From: Flavobacterium sp.
GTDB lineage: Bacteria > Bacteroidota > Bacteroidia > Flavobacteriales > Flavobacteriaceae
Length of the DNA stretch: 64,000 bases
Direction of reading: 5' to 3'
Assembly: GCF_044371705.1 (NCBI RefSeq)
Contig: NZ_JBILTE010000001.1
Span: forward strand, 2,570 to 66,569
The position numbers and the translations under genes were made by a program. Numbering within the stretch: position 1 is the stretch's first letter; every line of letters begins with the position of its first letter. The notes below the pieces were generated by a model. That model ran no database searches and was not told where the DNA came from. It was given only the letters and a program-made list of their open reading frames with translations. This document shows, in pieces, positions 23,784-32,877 of this stretch.

Positions 23784-25886
23784 ATGGCGATTTTAGGCAA
23801 AATTAGACAGCGTTCATTTATTCTTATAGTAATCATAGCTTTAGCACTTTTTTCATTTGTTTTGGCAGATGTCATTCAAAGTGGTGGATTTAGTCAAACT
23901 TCAAGAAATGTCGGGTCTGTAAACGGTACCGATATATCATTTGATGAGTTCAATGTTAAAGTTAATAATGTTGAAAAAAGCGGACAAGATATTACAACTA
24001 TTCAAGCGATGAATAGAGTTTGGGATCAAGAAGTAAATCTTGCCTTATTAAATGACGAATTAAAAAAATTAGGAATTAGAATTTCAGAATCTCATTTAGT
24101 TGAAGCCTTGAAAAGTGATCAAAATGTGGGTTCAAATCCAAGATTTGCGAATGAACTAGGTCAATTTGACATCAATAAATACAGAGAGTATTTCAAATCA
24201 AGTTCCAATGCACAAGAAAAAGAATATATTGAAAGTCTTGAATTGAATGCAAACATAACTGCGAAATATCAGATTTATACTTCATTAATTAAAGGGGGTC
24301 ATTTTGTAACTAAAAATGATGCAAAATTTAAATATGAATTGGAAAATAACAAAGTAACTTTTGATTACGTTGCGGTTCCATTCTCATCTATCAATGACAG
24401 TGAAGTTAAAGTTTCAGAAACTGAAATTATTGACTACATGAAAAAGAACGAGAAAAAATACAAAGCGGAAGAAACCAGAGAAATTGAATACGTGGTTATT
24501 GGTGATACACCAACCGACAAAGACAGATCTGAAATTAAAGACAAATTAAATGCTTTGTTAGGTTCAAGAGTAATCTATAATAAAGAAACGGGTGTTAACG
24601 ATACTTTACCCGGATTTAAAAATACTACAAACGATATTGACTTTGTAAATACAAATTCTGATTTCCCTTACGACTCAACGTATATCGCTAAGTCGGATTT
24701 ACCAACAGAATTTGCAGAACAATTATTCAACTTGCCTCAAGGGGAGGTTTTCGGTCCTTATGAATTTGGAACCTATTTAGCATTATCAAAATCACTAGGT
24801 CGTAAAGCAGGAGCAAAAGCAAAAGCAAGTCACATTTTGATTAGTTATGAAGGAACTCCAATCAAAACGAAAGAAATCAGAAACAAAGAACAAGCAAAAG
24901 CAAAAGCAGAAGAATTATTCGCTAAAATTAAAGCAAACAAAGAAGAATTTTTAATGTTGGCTTTTACTGAGTCTGAAGATCAAGGTTCTGCTCAAAAAGG
25001 CGGAGATTTAGGATTTTTTGGTCCAAACGATATGGTGAAGCCATTTAATGATTATGTATTCAATAACCCGGTTGGTTCTATTGGTTTAGTAGAGTCAGAG
25101 TTTGGTTTCCATATTATCAATATTGTTGATAAGCAAGATGCAGTGCGTCTAGCTACTATCGCTCAAAAAATTGAAGCTTCTGAAGAAACAACAGAAAGTG
25201 CCTATACACAAGCGATGAAATTTGAGTTATTAGCTAACGAAAAAGCATTTGCAGATGCAGCCAATCAATTCAAATTGACTATTGCTCCAGCAGTAAAAGC
25301 AAAAGGTTTAGATGAGGCTGTGGGTGAATTAGGTAATCAAAGACAAATTGTTCGTTGGGCTTTTAACAAGGATACGGATTTGGATGATGTGAAAAGATTT
25401 GAGATTCCAAAAGTAGGTCATGTAATTGCGAAATTGAAAAAAATCAATGAAGAAGGTTTATTAGCTATGGCAGAGGCAAAAATTCAAGTAGAACCAATTT
25501 TGAAAAATCAGAAAAAAGCGGAACTAATCAAAGCTAAAATGAAGGGAACTTCATTAGATGCTATCGCTAAAGCAAATAATGTAACGATTCAAAATGCTGC
25601 GGGTATCAGTGTTGATAATCCATCGATTCCAAATGTTGGATTCGAACCTGCTGTTGTTGGTGATGCTATCGCTTTAGAGAAAAGCAAATTGTCAACTGCA
25701 ATTGTTGGAAATACTGCAGTTTATGTAATCAAAACAGCAGAAGTACAAAAAGCTCTTCCAACAGAAGATTATACTACACAATTAACTGGTTTGAAATCAC
25801 AAAGTGCAAATGCTGTAAACAGACTTTTTGTAGCTCTAAAAGATCAAGCGAAAGTGAAAGATAAAAGAATAGAGTTTAATTACTAA
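23784..25886 (+). CDS. Membrane-anchored parvulin-type peptidyl-prolyl isomerase (PpiD/SurA-like)
   Basis: N-terminal TM, SurA-N-like region and rotamase motifs KASHILI...GGDLG...MVKPF...ESEFGFHII. Confidence 0.88.
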   Translation: MAILGKIRQRSFILIVIIALALFSFVLADVIQSGGFSQTSRNVGSVNGTDISFDEFNVKVNNVEKSGQDITTIQAMNRVWDQEVNLALLNDELKKLGIRISESHLVEALKSDQNVGSNPRFANELGQFDINKYREYFKSSSNAQEKEYIESLELNANITAKYQIYTSLIKGGHFVTKNDAKFKYELENNKVTFDYVAVPFSSINDSEVKVSETEIIDYMKKNEKKYKAEETREIEYVVIGDTPTDKDRSEIKDKLNALLGSRVIYNKETGVNDTLPGFKNTTNDIDFVNTNSDFPYDSTYIAKSDLPTEFAEQLFNLPQGEVFGPYEFGTYLALSKSLGRKAGAKAKASHILISYEGTPIKTKEIRNKEQAKAKAEELFAKIKANKEEFLMLAFTESEDQGSAQKGGDLGFFGPNDMVKPFNDYVFNNPVGSIGLVESEFGFHIINIVDKQDAVRLATIAQKIEASEETTESAYTQAMKFELLANEKAFADAANQFKLTIAPAVKAKGLDEAVGELGNQRQIVRWAFNKDTDLDDVKRFEIPKVGHVIAKLKKINEEGLLAMAEAKIQVEPILKNQKKAELIKAKMKGTSLDAIAKANNVTIQNAAGISVDNPSIPNVGFEPAVVGDAIALEKSKLSTAIVGNTAVYVIKTAEVQKALPTEDYTTQLTGLKSQSANAVNRLFVALKDQAKVKDKRIEFNY

Positions 25887-25910
25887 TTCAACTGCTGATA
25901 CTATACATAG

Positions 25911-25937
25911 GAGCCTCGATTTATCGGGGCTTTTTTT
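25911..25937 (+). terminator. Rho-independent terminator after the PPIase gene
   Basis: GAGCCTCGAT-TT-ATCGGGGCTT stem followed by a T run. Confidence 0.7.
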
Positions 25938-26856
25938 ATGATTTTAAAATCATTTCATCATAGGTTAGCAAGGTAGTGTAACCTCTTTCTTCAAAATACT
26001 CTTTTGGATTTGTTTTGGAAATGACCATAGCAAAATCACCACCCCAAGCTCCTAGACTTTTCACAACTCCTTTGAAATCATCAAAAAATGCTTCTTTAAC
26101 CGTATTCATTTCTAAAACTTCACTTAACAAGCTTTCATGTTTTTCAATTTGATACATAAATGTTTTCAAATCATTTGTTGATACAATGGTTTCAGTAATC
26201 TTATTGATGACAGTAATTGTTTTGGAAAGATCATTTTGCTTATTGATGTAGTTTGAAATTGCCGATTTGCTGCTTTGTTTTCTGTTTAGATAGACAAAGT
26301 ACAATTGATTGCGAAACTCCGGCAAATAAGGAACCTGATGAGTCAGCGGAGCCTCATTTAGCAGCTGATAGATAATTGGCGAATTGTTTTGAGCACAAGC
26401 TATATCATAACCACTACCGCCAAAACTATTGTTTAAAAGTGTAAACGCATTAATGCCTAACCACTGACCAATATTGTTGATTAACGTAGAGGAAGTGCCT
26501 AAGCCCCACTTTTTTGGAAAAGACAGTTGGGTTTTGATTGCATAGCCTTTATTGCCTTCCAAAAAAATTGGATTCAATAGATAAGCTTCATGTAAAATTT
26601 CCAGTAATGTTTTTAAAACTGCATTTTCACCGGTATACTTTTTTGGAAAAAGAATGTTTTCAAACGGAATTGTATCTGTAAACCACAAACTACCATCCGA
26701 ATCGTAACTTTTCCAATGGATTTCATTAGCTGTTCCGGATTCTACAACTAGATTTTGGCCGAATTTTGTTGGTAGAGCAAGTGCTTTTGCACCGTCTAAA
26801 ACCACATATTCACCGGTGATTAATAATTTTCCGTTGCTGTAAAAAGTTTGTTTCAA
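25936..26856 (-). CDS. GYDIA-family GHMP kinase (mevalonate-pathway kinase candidate)
   Basis: GKLLITGEY, WGLGTSS, GSGYDIA and KSLGAWGGDF motifs; co-oriented with HMG-CoA reductase. Confidence 0.88.
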   Translation of the reverse strand: MKQTFYSNGKLLITGEYVVLDGAKALALPTKFGQNLVVESGTANEIHWKSYDSDGSLWFTDTIPFENILFPKKYTGENAVLKTLLEILHEAYLLNPIFLEGNKGYAIKTQLSFPKKWGLGTSSTLINNIGQWLGINAFTLLNNSFGGSGYDIACAQNNSPIIYQLLNEAPLTHQVPYLPEFRNQLYFVYLNRKQSSKSAISNYINKQNDLSKTITVINKITETIVSTNDLKTFMYQIEKHESLLSEVLEMNTVKEAFFDDFKGVVKSLGAWGGDFAMVISKTNPKEYFEERGYTTLLTYDEMILKS

Positions 26857-26862
26857 GGCTTT

Positions 26863-28179
26863 TTATTTTCGTAAGAGTTCTAAATATTCAGCAACTGATG
26901 CATGCGAAATGGTGGTATCTTTAAAATACTCCAGTACTTTTATTCGCTCTTCACCCGTTGCATGGTATTGATTTAAAATATTATTTAAGTGCATTTTCAT
27001 GTGACCCTCCTGAATGCCTTTTGTAGTTAACGAACGCAAAGCTGCAAAATTTTGTGCCAATCCAACTGCTGCAACCACTTGCATCAGTTGTTGGGCGGAA
27101 GGTTTTTCGAGTATTTCTAAATTTAATTTAACCAAAGGATGTAACGATGTTAATCCGCCAACGGTTCCCAGAGCTAACGGAATTTCCAACCAAAAACTAA
27201 AAATACCGTTTTCAATTTTAGCATGTGATAAGCTACTGTATTTTCCATTTCTACTGGCGTAAGCGTGTGCACCGGCTTCCACAGCTCTAAAATCATTGCC
27301 GCTTGCCAAAACCACAGCATCTACACCATTCATAATTCCTTTATTGTGGGTAACGGCTCGGTACGGTTCTATTTCCGCAATTTGAACAGCACGCACAAAT
27401 TTTTCGGCAAATTCAGTTGGGTTTTCGATGTGTTTTTCTGCCAACGCAGCAACAGGGCATGAAACTTCTGCTCGTACGATACAATTAGTTACATAATTGG
27501 AAAGAATGCTCATAACTACTTCAATGTTCTTTTCTTCTTCAGAAAAAGGAGCATAATTTTGAGCTTCTGCTTTCAAGGTTTTAGCAAATTGTTCTAGACA
27601 AGAATTGATAAAATTGGCTCCCATGCTATCCTTGGTTTCAAAAGTAGCATGTAATTGGAAGTAATTTTCTAAATCGGACGTTTTGTCTTTTAGAACTATA
27701 TCTAAAATTCCGCCACCTCTTTTTTGCATGTTTTTGGTAATGCTTTCGGTTTCAGAATAAAATTTTGATTTGGTTTGCTTGAAAAAGGTATCTAACTTCG
27801 AGGTGTCGCCTTTATAAATGAAGTGTACTTGTCCGATTTTTTCGGTATTCAAAACAGTAGTTTTAAATCCGCCTCGATTGGACCAGAATTTGGCTGATTT
27901 TGCAGCTGCGGCAACTACAGAGCTTTCTTCAATAACCATCGGAACAGTATAATTTTTCCCGTTGATGTTGAAGTTTGGTGCAATTCCTAACGGTAAATAA
28001 AAATTAGAAATGGTATTCTCAATGAATTCATCGTGCAATTGCTGCAATTTTTCATCACTGTTCCAATAGTTTTGAAGTAATGCAACGGCAACTTTAGGTT
28101 CTGAAAAATAGTTTTGAGCAATCCAATTGATCTTTTCAATCTTGGATAATTTTGAAAATCCGGAAACTTCGTGGTTCAT
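26863..28179 (-). CDS. mvaA: Class II hydroxymethylglutaryl-CoA reductase
   Basis: ENTIS, PMVIEESSVVAA, DSMGANFIN, RAVTHNKGIMNG and GIQEGHMKMH motifs. Confidence 0.93.
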   Translation of the reverse strand: MNHEVSGFSKLSKIEKINWIAQNYFSEPKVAVALLQNYWNSDEKLQQLHDEFIENTISNFYLPLGIAPNFNINGKNYTVPMVIEESSVVAAAAKSAKFWSNRGGFKTTVLNTEKIGQVHFIYKGDTSKLDTFFKQTKSKFYSETESITKNMQKRGGGILDIVLKDKTSDLENYFQLHATFETKDSMGANFINSCLEQFAKTLKAEAQNYAPFSEEEKNIEVVMSILSNYVTNCIVRAEVSCPVAALAEKHIENPTEFAEKFVRAVQIAEIEPYRAVTHNKGIMNGVDAVVLASGNDFRAVEAGAHAYASRNGKYSSLSHAKIENGIFSFWLEIPLALGTVGGLTSLHPLVKLNLEILEKPSAQQLMQVVAAVGLAQNFAALRSLTTKGIQEGHMKMHLNNILNQYHATGEERIKVLEYFKDTTISHASVAEYLELLRK

Positions 28180-28224
28180 GCTGAGTGCTTAATTTTGTAA
28201 AGATACTGGTTATGAGGATAAAAA

Positions 28225-28506
28225 TTAAAGCGAATTTTTGTATTTAATTAAACCAAATACAATTATTTCTTTAGTATCCATTTTTACTTTGTATACAATG
28301 GTATAACCTTTGAAAATGTAATCTCTTACTGATTCATCATTAAAATAAATTGAGTTTCTAAAATGAAAAGGATTTTTTAAGTCCTTTAGGAGGTTTTTTT
28401 GCAGATCATTTTTGAATTTTCGTGCAGCTTTTGGTTTGTCTTTTGCAATGAATTCAACTTGATCGGCTAGGGAATTAATAAATTTTTCAGAAAAACTAAT
28501 CTTCAT
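28225..28506 (-). CDS. Type II toxin, RelE/ParE family
   Basis: 93 aa, basic; pattern ...FIAKDKPKAARKF...RDYIFKGYTIVY...; 11-bp overlap with the upstream gene. Confidence 0.8.
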   Translation of the reverse strand: MKISFSEKFINSLADQVEFIAKDKPKAARKFKNDLQKNLLKDLKNPFHFRNSIYFNDESVRDYIFKGYTIVYKVKMDTKEIIVFGLIKYKNSL

Positions 28507-28729
28507 ATTTTGAGATTATTTTTTCCATTACCAAATCCAATTCTTCTATTGAAATACACTTTGATTTTCCACTCTCAATATTTTCCAGTTCCGTATGCAA
28601 AATGTTTTTATTCTTTTCAAAAAATGGATCTTCTTGAATAATTTGAACTTCATTCTCTGGAAATGAACTCAGTAAGGCAAGAATTTTTGCTTTTAAATTA
28701 GCTTGAAATTGAATTCTGATAGTTTCCAT
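28496..28729 (-). CDS. Putative antitoxin cognate to the RelE/ParE toxin
   Basis: 77 aa with an acidic C-terminal half (IESGKSKCISIEELD), directly upstream of and overlapping the toxin. Confidence 0.7.
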   Translation of the reverse strand: METIRIQFQANLKAKILALLSSFPENEVQIIQEDPFFEKNKNILHTELENIESGKSKCISIEELDLVMEKIISKYED

Positions 28730-28748
28730 TTGATTGCGTTTTTATTTA

Positions 28749-28766
28749 CAAATTTAATCAAATTTA
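28749..28766 (-). promoter_or_regulatory. Tandem TAAATTTG boxes upstream of the TA pair
   Basis: CAAATTTA at 28749..28756 and 28759..28766; each is a TAnnTTTG match on the minus strand, with a 10-bp period. Confidence 0.5.
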
Positions 28767-28891
28767 AAATCCGATGTTTAATTTTCATATAACAAACACA
28801 CTAAAAATTCTAATATTGCTATTTAACACATAAAACCACGAATTATTCCATTTTTTTCACTAAAATTGAACGTTTTTTTAACATACCAAAA

Positions 28892-31066
28892 ATGAATCAG
28901 TTTAAAAAGGTACTATTCTTATTTTTAGTCAGTTCATTAACTGCCTTAGCACAACAAAAAATAACATTGGAAGACATTTGGGCTTCCGGTACGTTCCGAA
29001 CCAAAGGAATGGATGCTCTGCAATCCTTAAAAAACACCAATCAATACACGGTTTTGAATTATGATAGAGTCGCCAAGACTTTTCAAATTGATTTGTATGA
29101 TTTTGCGACTTTAAAAAAGATTCATACACTTTTAGATACTAAAAATCATGCGGAGCTTACTTCGATTGACAGTTATACTTCTAATGCAACCGAAACGCAA
29201 TTATTAATTGGCTTGAATTCAGATCCAATCTATCGGCATTCATCGGTTGCCGATTTTTATATTTATGACATTGCTTTAAAATCATTACAAAAGGTAGCCG
29301 ATTACAAAATTCAAGAGCCAACTTTTTCTCCCGATGGAAAGAAAATTGCTTACGGTTATCAAAATAATCTGTACGTTTTTGATAGTGCCTCAAAAAAGCA
29401 CACGCAGATTACCAATGATGGTGTGAAAAATTCAGTAATCAATGGTATCACAGATTGGGTGTATGAAGAGGAATTTGCCTTTGTTAGAGCTTTTGATTGG
29501 AATACCTCGAGCACACATATTGCCTACATTAAATTTGACGAAACAGCTGTTCCTGAATGTTCAATGGATGTTTTTGGAAATGAATTATATCCTTCGCAAG
29601 AGGTATTTAAATATCCAAAAGCAGGTGAAAAGAATGCTTTGGTTTCTTTGCATGTTTACGAGGTAGCTACAAATGCAACCAAAACAATTAATTTAAGTCA
29701 GTACAATGATTTTTATATTGCTCGAATGAAATGGACGAATGACGCAAATACTTTAAGTATTCAAGTATTAAATCGCTATCAAAACAATTTGGATTTACTT
29801 TTTGTGGACGCTAAAACCGGTAGCACAAAAGTGGTTTTGAATGAAAAAGATGCCGCTTATGTAGATGTTACCGATAATTTGACCTTTTTAAAAGATAATA
29901 GTTTTATTTGGACTTCCGAAAAAGATGGCTTCAATCATATCTATCATTATGACAAAAGCGGGAAACTTCGCAATCAAATAACCAAAGGAAATTGGGAAGT
30001 GACCTCCTATTATGGTTTTGATGAGAAAAACGGTCAGGTTTATTACCAATCGGTCGAAAATGGTTCCGTTAACAGAGATGTTTATAAAATCAAATTAGAT
30101 GGGAAAAGTAAAGTTCGTTTAACTCAAAAAATGGGAACAAACAAAGCGACTTTCAGTCCGAATTTTCAATATTTTATCAATTCGTTCTCTAGTTCAACCG
30201 AACCAACAGTTTTTACTTTGCATGAATCAAAAGACGGTAAACAAATTCAATCAATAGTTGATAATACTGAGTTGGCTTCAAAATTGGAAAAATACAATCT
30301 TCCTACCAAAGAATTTTTCGAACTCACTACCGAAAAAGGACACAAGTTGAATGCATACATCATCAAACCAAAAGATTTTGATGCTTCTAAAAAATATCCC
30401 TTACTTTTATTTCAGTATAGCGGACCTGGTTCTCAGCAAGTAGCCAATCAATGGTTGAATTCAAATGATTATTGGCACATGCTACTGGCTCAACAAGGTT
30501 ATTTAGTAGCTTGTGTAGATGGACGAGGAACGGGATTTAAAGGAGCTGCTTTTAAAAAAGTAACTCAAAAGGAATTGGGTAAATATGAAGTAGAAGACCA
30601 AATTGATGCAGCAAAAGTTCTAGGAAATTACGCGTATATTGACAAAACTAGAATCGGCATTTGGGGTTGGAGCTATGGCGGATTTATGTCGAGTAACTGT
30701 ATCCTAAAAGGAAACGATGTGTTTAAAACCGCTATTGCAGTTGCCCCCGTAACCAACTGGCGTTTTTACGATTCCATTTACACCGAGCGTTACATGCAAA
30801 CACCACAAGAAAATGCAAGTGGTTATGATGATAATTCTCCTATTAATCACGTAGATAAACTCAAAGGCAATTATTTGATTATTCACGGTACAGCCGATGA
30901 CAATGTACATTTTCAAAATGCAACGCGAATGATTCGAGCCTTGCAATTGGCTAATAAACAGTTTGACCAAGCCATCTATCCGGATACCAATCACGGTATT
31001 TATGGAGGAAAAATTCGCTTGCAATTGTATACTAAAATGACTAACTATATTAAAGAAAACCTATAA
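28892..31066 (+). CDS. S9B peptidase, dipeptidyl-peptidase IV
   Basis: Signal peptide; DWVYEEE motif; GWSYGG nucleophile; DDNVH and DTNHGI catalytic D/H. Confidence 0.95.
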   Translation: MNQFKKVLFLFLVSSLTALAQQKITLEDIWASGTFRTKGMDALQSLKNTNQYTVLNYDRVAKTFQIDLYDFATLKKIHTLLDTKNHAELTSIDSYTSNATETQLLIGLNSDPIYRHSSVADFYIYDIALKSLQKVADYKIQEPTFSPDGKKIAYGYQNNLYVFDSASKKHTQITNDGVKNSVINGITDWVYEEEFAFVRAFDWNTSSTHIAYIKFDETAVPECSMDVFGNELYPSQEVFKYPKAGEKNALVSLHVYEVATNATKTINLSQYNDFYIARMKWTNDANTLSIQVLNRYQNNLDLLFVDAKTGSTKVVLNEKDAAYVDVTDNLTFLKDNSFIWTSEKDGFNHIYHYDKSGKLRNQITKGNWEVTSYYGFDEKNGQVYYQSVENGSVNRDVYKIKLDGKSKVRLTQKMGTNKATFSPNFQYFINSFSSSTEPTVFTLHESKDGKQIQSIVDNTELASKLEKYNLPTKEFFELTTEKGHKLNAYIIKPKDFDASKKYPLLLFQYSGPGSQQVANQWLNSNDYWHMLLAQQGYLVACVDGRGTGFKGAAFKKVTQKELGKYEVEDQIDAAKVLGNYAYIDKTRIGIWGWSYGGFMSSNCILKGNDVFKTAIAVAPVTNWRFYDSIYTERYMQTPQENASGYDDNSPINHVDKLKGNYLIIHGTADDNVHFQNATRMIRALQLANKQFDQAIYPDTNHGIYGGKIRLQLYTKMTNYIKENL

Positions 31067-31084
31067 CTAACCAAAACAAATTTT

Positions 31085-32800
31085 ATGAGTGAAGTAGCAG
31101 TAAAATCAGGACATCCAAAGGGGCTTTGGGTACTATTCGGAACCGAAATGTGGGAAAGGTTCAATTTCTATGGAATGCGGGCCATCTTAACTTTGTTCAT
31201 GGTAAACGCCTTATTAATGAAAGAAGAAGAAGCTTCTATTATTTATGGCGGATTTTTAGGACTTTGTTATTTGACACCTATGTTAGGTGGTTTTATTGCA
31301 GACCGTTTCTTCGGAAATAGAAATTGTATCATGCTTGGAGGAGTGATGATGGCAGTAGGACAAATTATGTTGTTTTTCAGTGCAAGCATTTTCAGTACAA
31401 ATTTGGGCTTGGCAAATACCTTATTATGGTCAGCATTAGGAATTATTGTTTTTGGAAACGGCTTTTTCAAACCAAATATTTCCTCGATGGTGGGAAGTTT
31501 ATATCCAAAACAAGAGAAAAGCAAATTAGATACAGCTTTCACTATTTTCTATATGGGGATAAATATTGGAGCTTTCCTTGGTCAGTTCATTTGTCCATTT
31601 GTGGGAGATGTTAACAATGAAGTAGTTTTAGCAGACGGATCATTAGGTATGATAAGAGATATACATGCTTTTAAATACGGATTTTTAGCAGCAGGAATCG
31701 CAATGATTATCGGAACTGCCATTTTTTATTTCTTAAAAAATAAATATGTAGTGAGTCCAGATGGCAAACCTATTGGTGGATTACCATCAGGTCATGATTC
31801 AGGAGATTATGAAGAAGGGGAGTCTATGAAGGCGGTGTTTTCAACGAAATCAATAATGATTGCAATTGCTGTTTTTCTAGCGGTTTTCTTTGCTTTTAAT
31901 TTATATACTGAAGGAGATAATGTTGTGAAGCTTTATATTTATCCATTTATTTATGGCAGTGGTGTGGCACTTGCAACACTAATTTTATTGGATAGTACAT
32001 TGACAAAGGTAGAAACACACAGAATTTGGGTGATTTATATTATGTCATTTTTTATCATTTTCTTTTGGGCAGCTTTTGAACAAGCAGGTTCTTCCTTAAC
32101 TTTTATTGCTGATAACCAAACGGATAGAGATATATTCGGGTGGAATATGCCACCATCAATGGTGCAAATATTTAATGGACTTTTCGTTGTAATGTTAGCT
32201 TTTCCGTTTAGTATGTTATGGGATAAATTGCGAGAAAGAAATATAGAACCATTATCAACAGTTAAACAATCAATTGGATTATTATTAATTGCGGTTAGTT
32301 ATTTTATCATTGCAAATAATGTAAAAGACCTCGGTAACACAGGTTTATTAGCAATTAAATGGTTGATATTATTATATTTAATACAAACTGTTGCTGAATT
32401 ATGTTTGTCACCTATCGGTTTGTCGCTAGTAGGTAAATTGGCTCCAAAACGATTTGCATCTCTTGCATATGGAGTATTCTTTATTTCAAGTGCGGCAGGG
32501 TATGCTTTGTCAGGAACATTGGGTTCAATTCTTCCGGCAACAGGAGATAAATTCAAAAAAGCAAATGAATTAGGAATTGACTTGCAAGGTGTTTTAGATA
32601 AATCAATTACGCCAACTGCTGAACAACTTAAATTATTGGCTGATAATCAAATTAACGATCATTATTCAATGTTTGCCGGTTTTGAAATTCAAAATTTATA
32701 CGATTTCTTTATGGTGTTTGTTGTACTTTGTGGTATTGCAGCATTAATATTGTTTCTTTTGACACCATTTATCAAAAAAATGATGCACGGTGTTCGCTAA
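31085..32800 (+). CDS. POT/PTR proton-dependent oligopeptide transporter (paralog 1)
   Basis: EMWERFNFYGMR, GNGFFKPNIS, FYMGINIGA, FEQAGSS and AELCLSPIG motifs. Confidence 0.95.
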   Translation: MSEVAVKSGHPKGLWVLFGTEMWERFNFYGMRAILTLFMVNALLMKEEEASIIYGGFLGLCYLTPMLGGFIADRFFGNRNCIMLGGVMMAVGQIMLFFSASIFSTNLGLANTLLWSALGIIVFGNGFFKPNISSMVGSLYPKQEKSKLDTAFTIFYMGINIGAFLGQFICPFVGDVNNEVVLADGSLGMIRDIHAFKYGFLAAGIAMIIGTAIFYFLKNKYVVSPDGKPIGGLPSGHDSGDYEEGESMKAVFSTKSIMIAIAVFLAVFFAFNLYTEGDNVVKLYIYPFIYGSGVALATLILLDSTLTKVETHRIWVIYIMSFFIIFFWAAFEQAGSSLTFIADNQTDRDIFGWNMPPSMVQIFNGLFVVMLAFPFSMLWDKLRERNIEPLSTVKQSIGLLLIAVSYFIIANNVKDLGNTGLLAIKWLILLYLIQTVAELCLSPIGLSLVGKLAPKRFASLAYGVFFISSAAGYALSGTLGSILPATGDKFKKANELGIDLQGVLDKSITPTAEQLKLLADNQINDHYSMFAGFEIQNLYDFFMVFVVLCGIAALILFLLTPFIKKMMHGVR

Positions 32801-32829
32801 TCATTTTTTAAAAATATTTTCATAACTTT

Positions 32830-32858
32830 CAAACCTGCGAAACAATTTTGCAGGTTTG
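32830..32858 (+). terminator. Intergenic hairpin between the two POT genes (terminator or processing/stability element)
   Basis: CAAACCTGC/GCAGGTTTG inverted repeat with only a weak T tail. Confidence 0.5.
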
Positions 32859-32877
32859 TTATTTAATCTAATTATTT

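Noticed and set aside
28865-28878. TTGAACGTTTTT upstream of DPP-IV as another LacI operator
   Set aside because: It fails the AAnCGnTT core, and such AT-rich partial matches are expected by chance.
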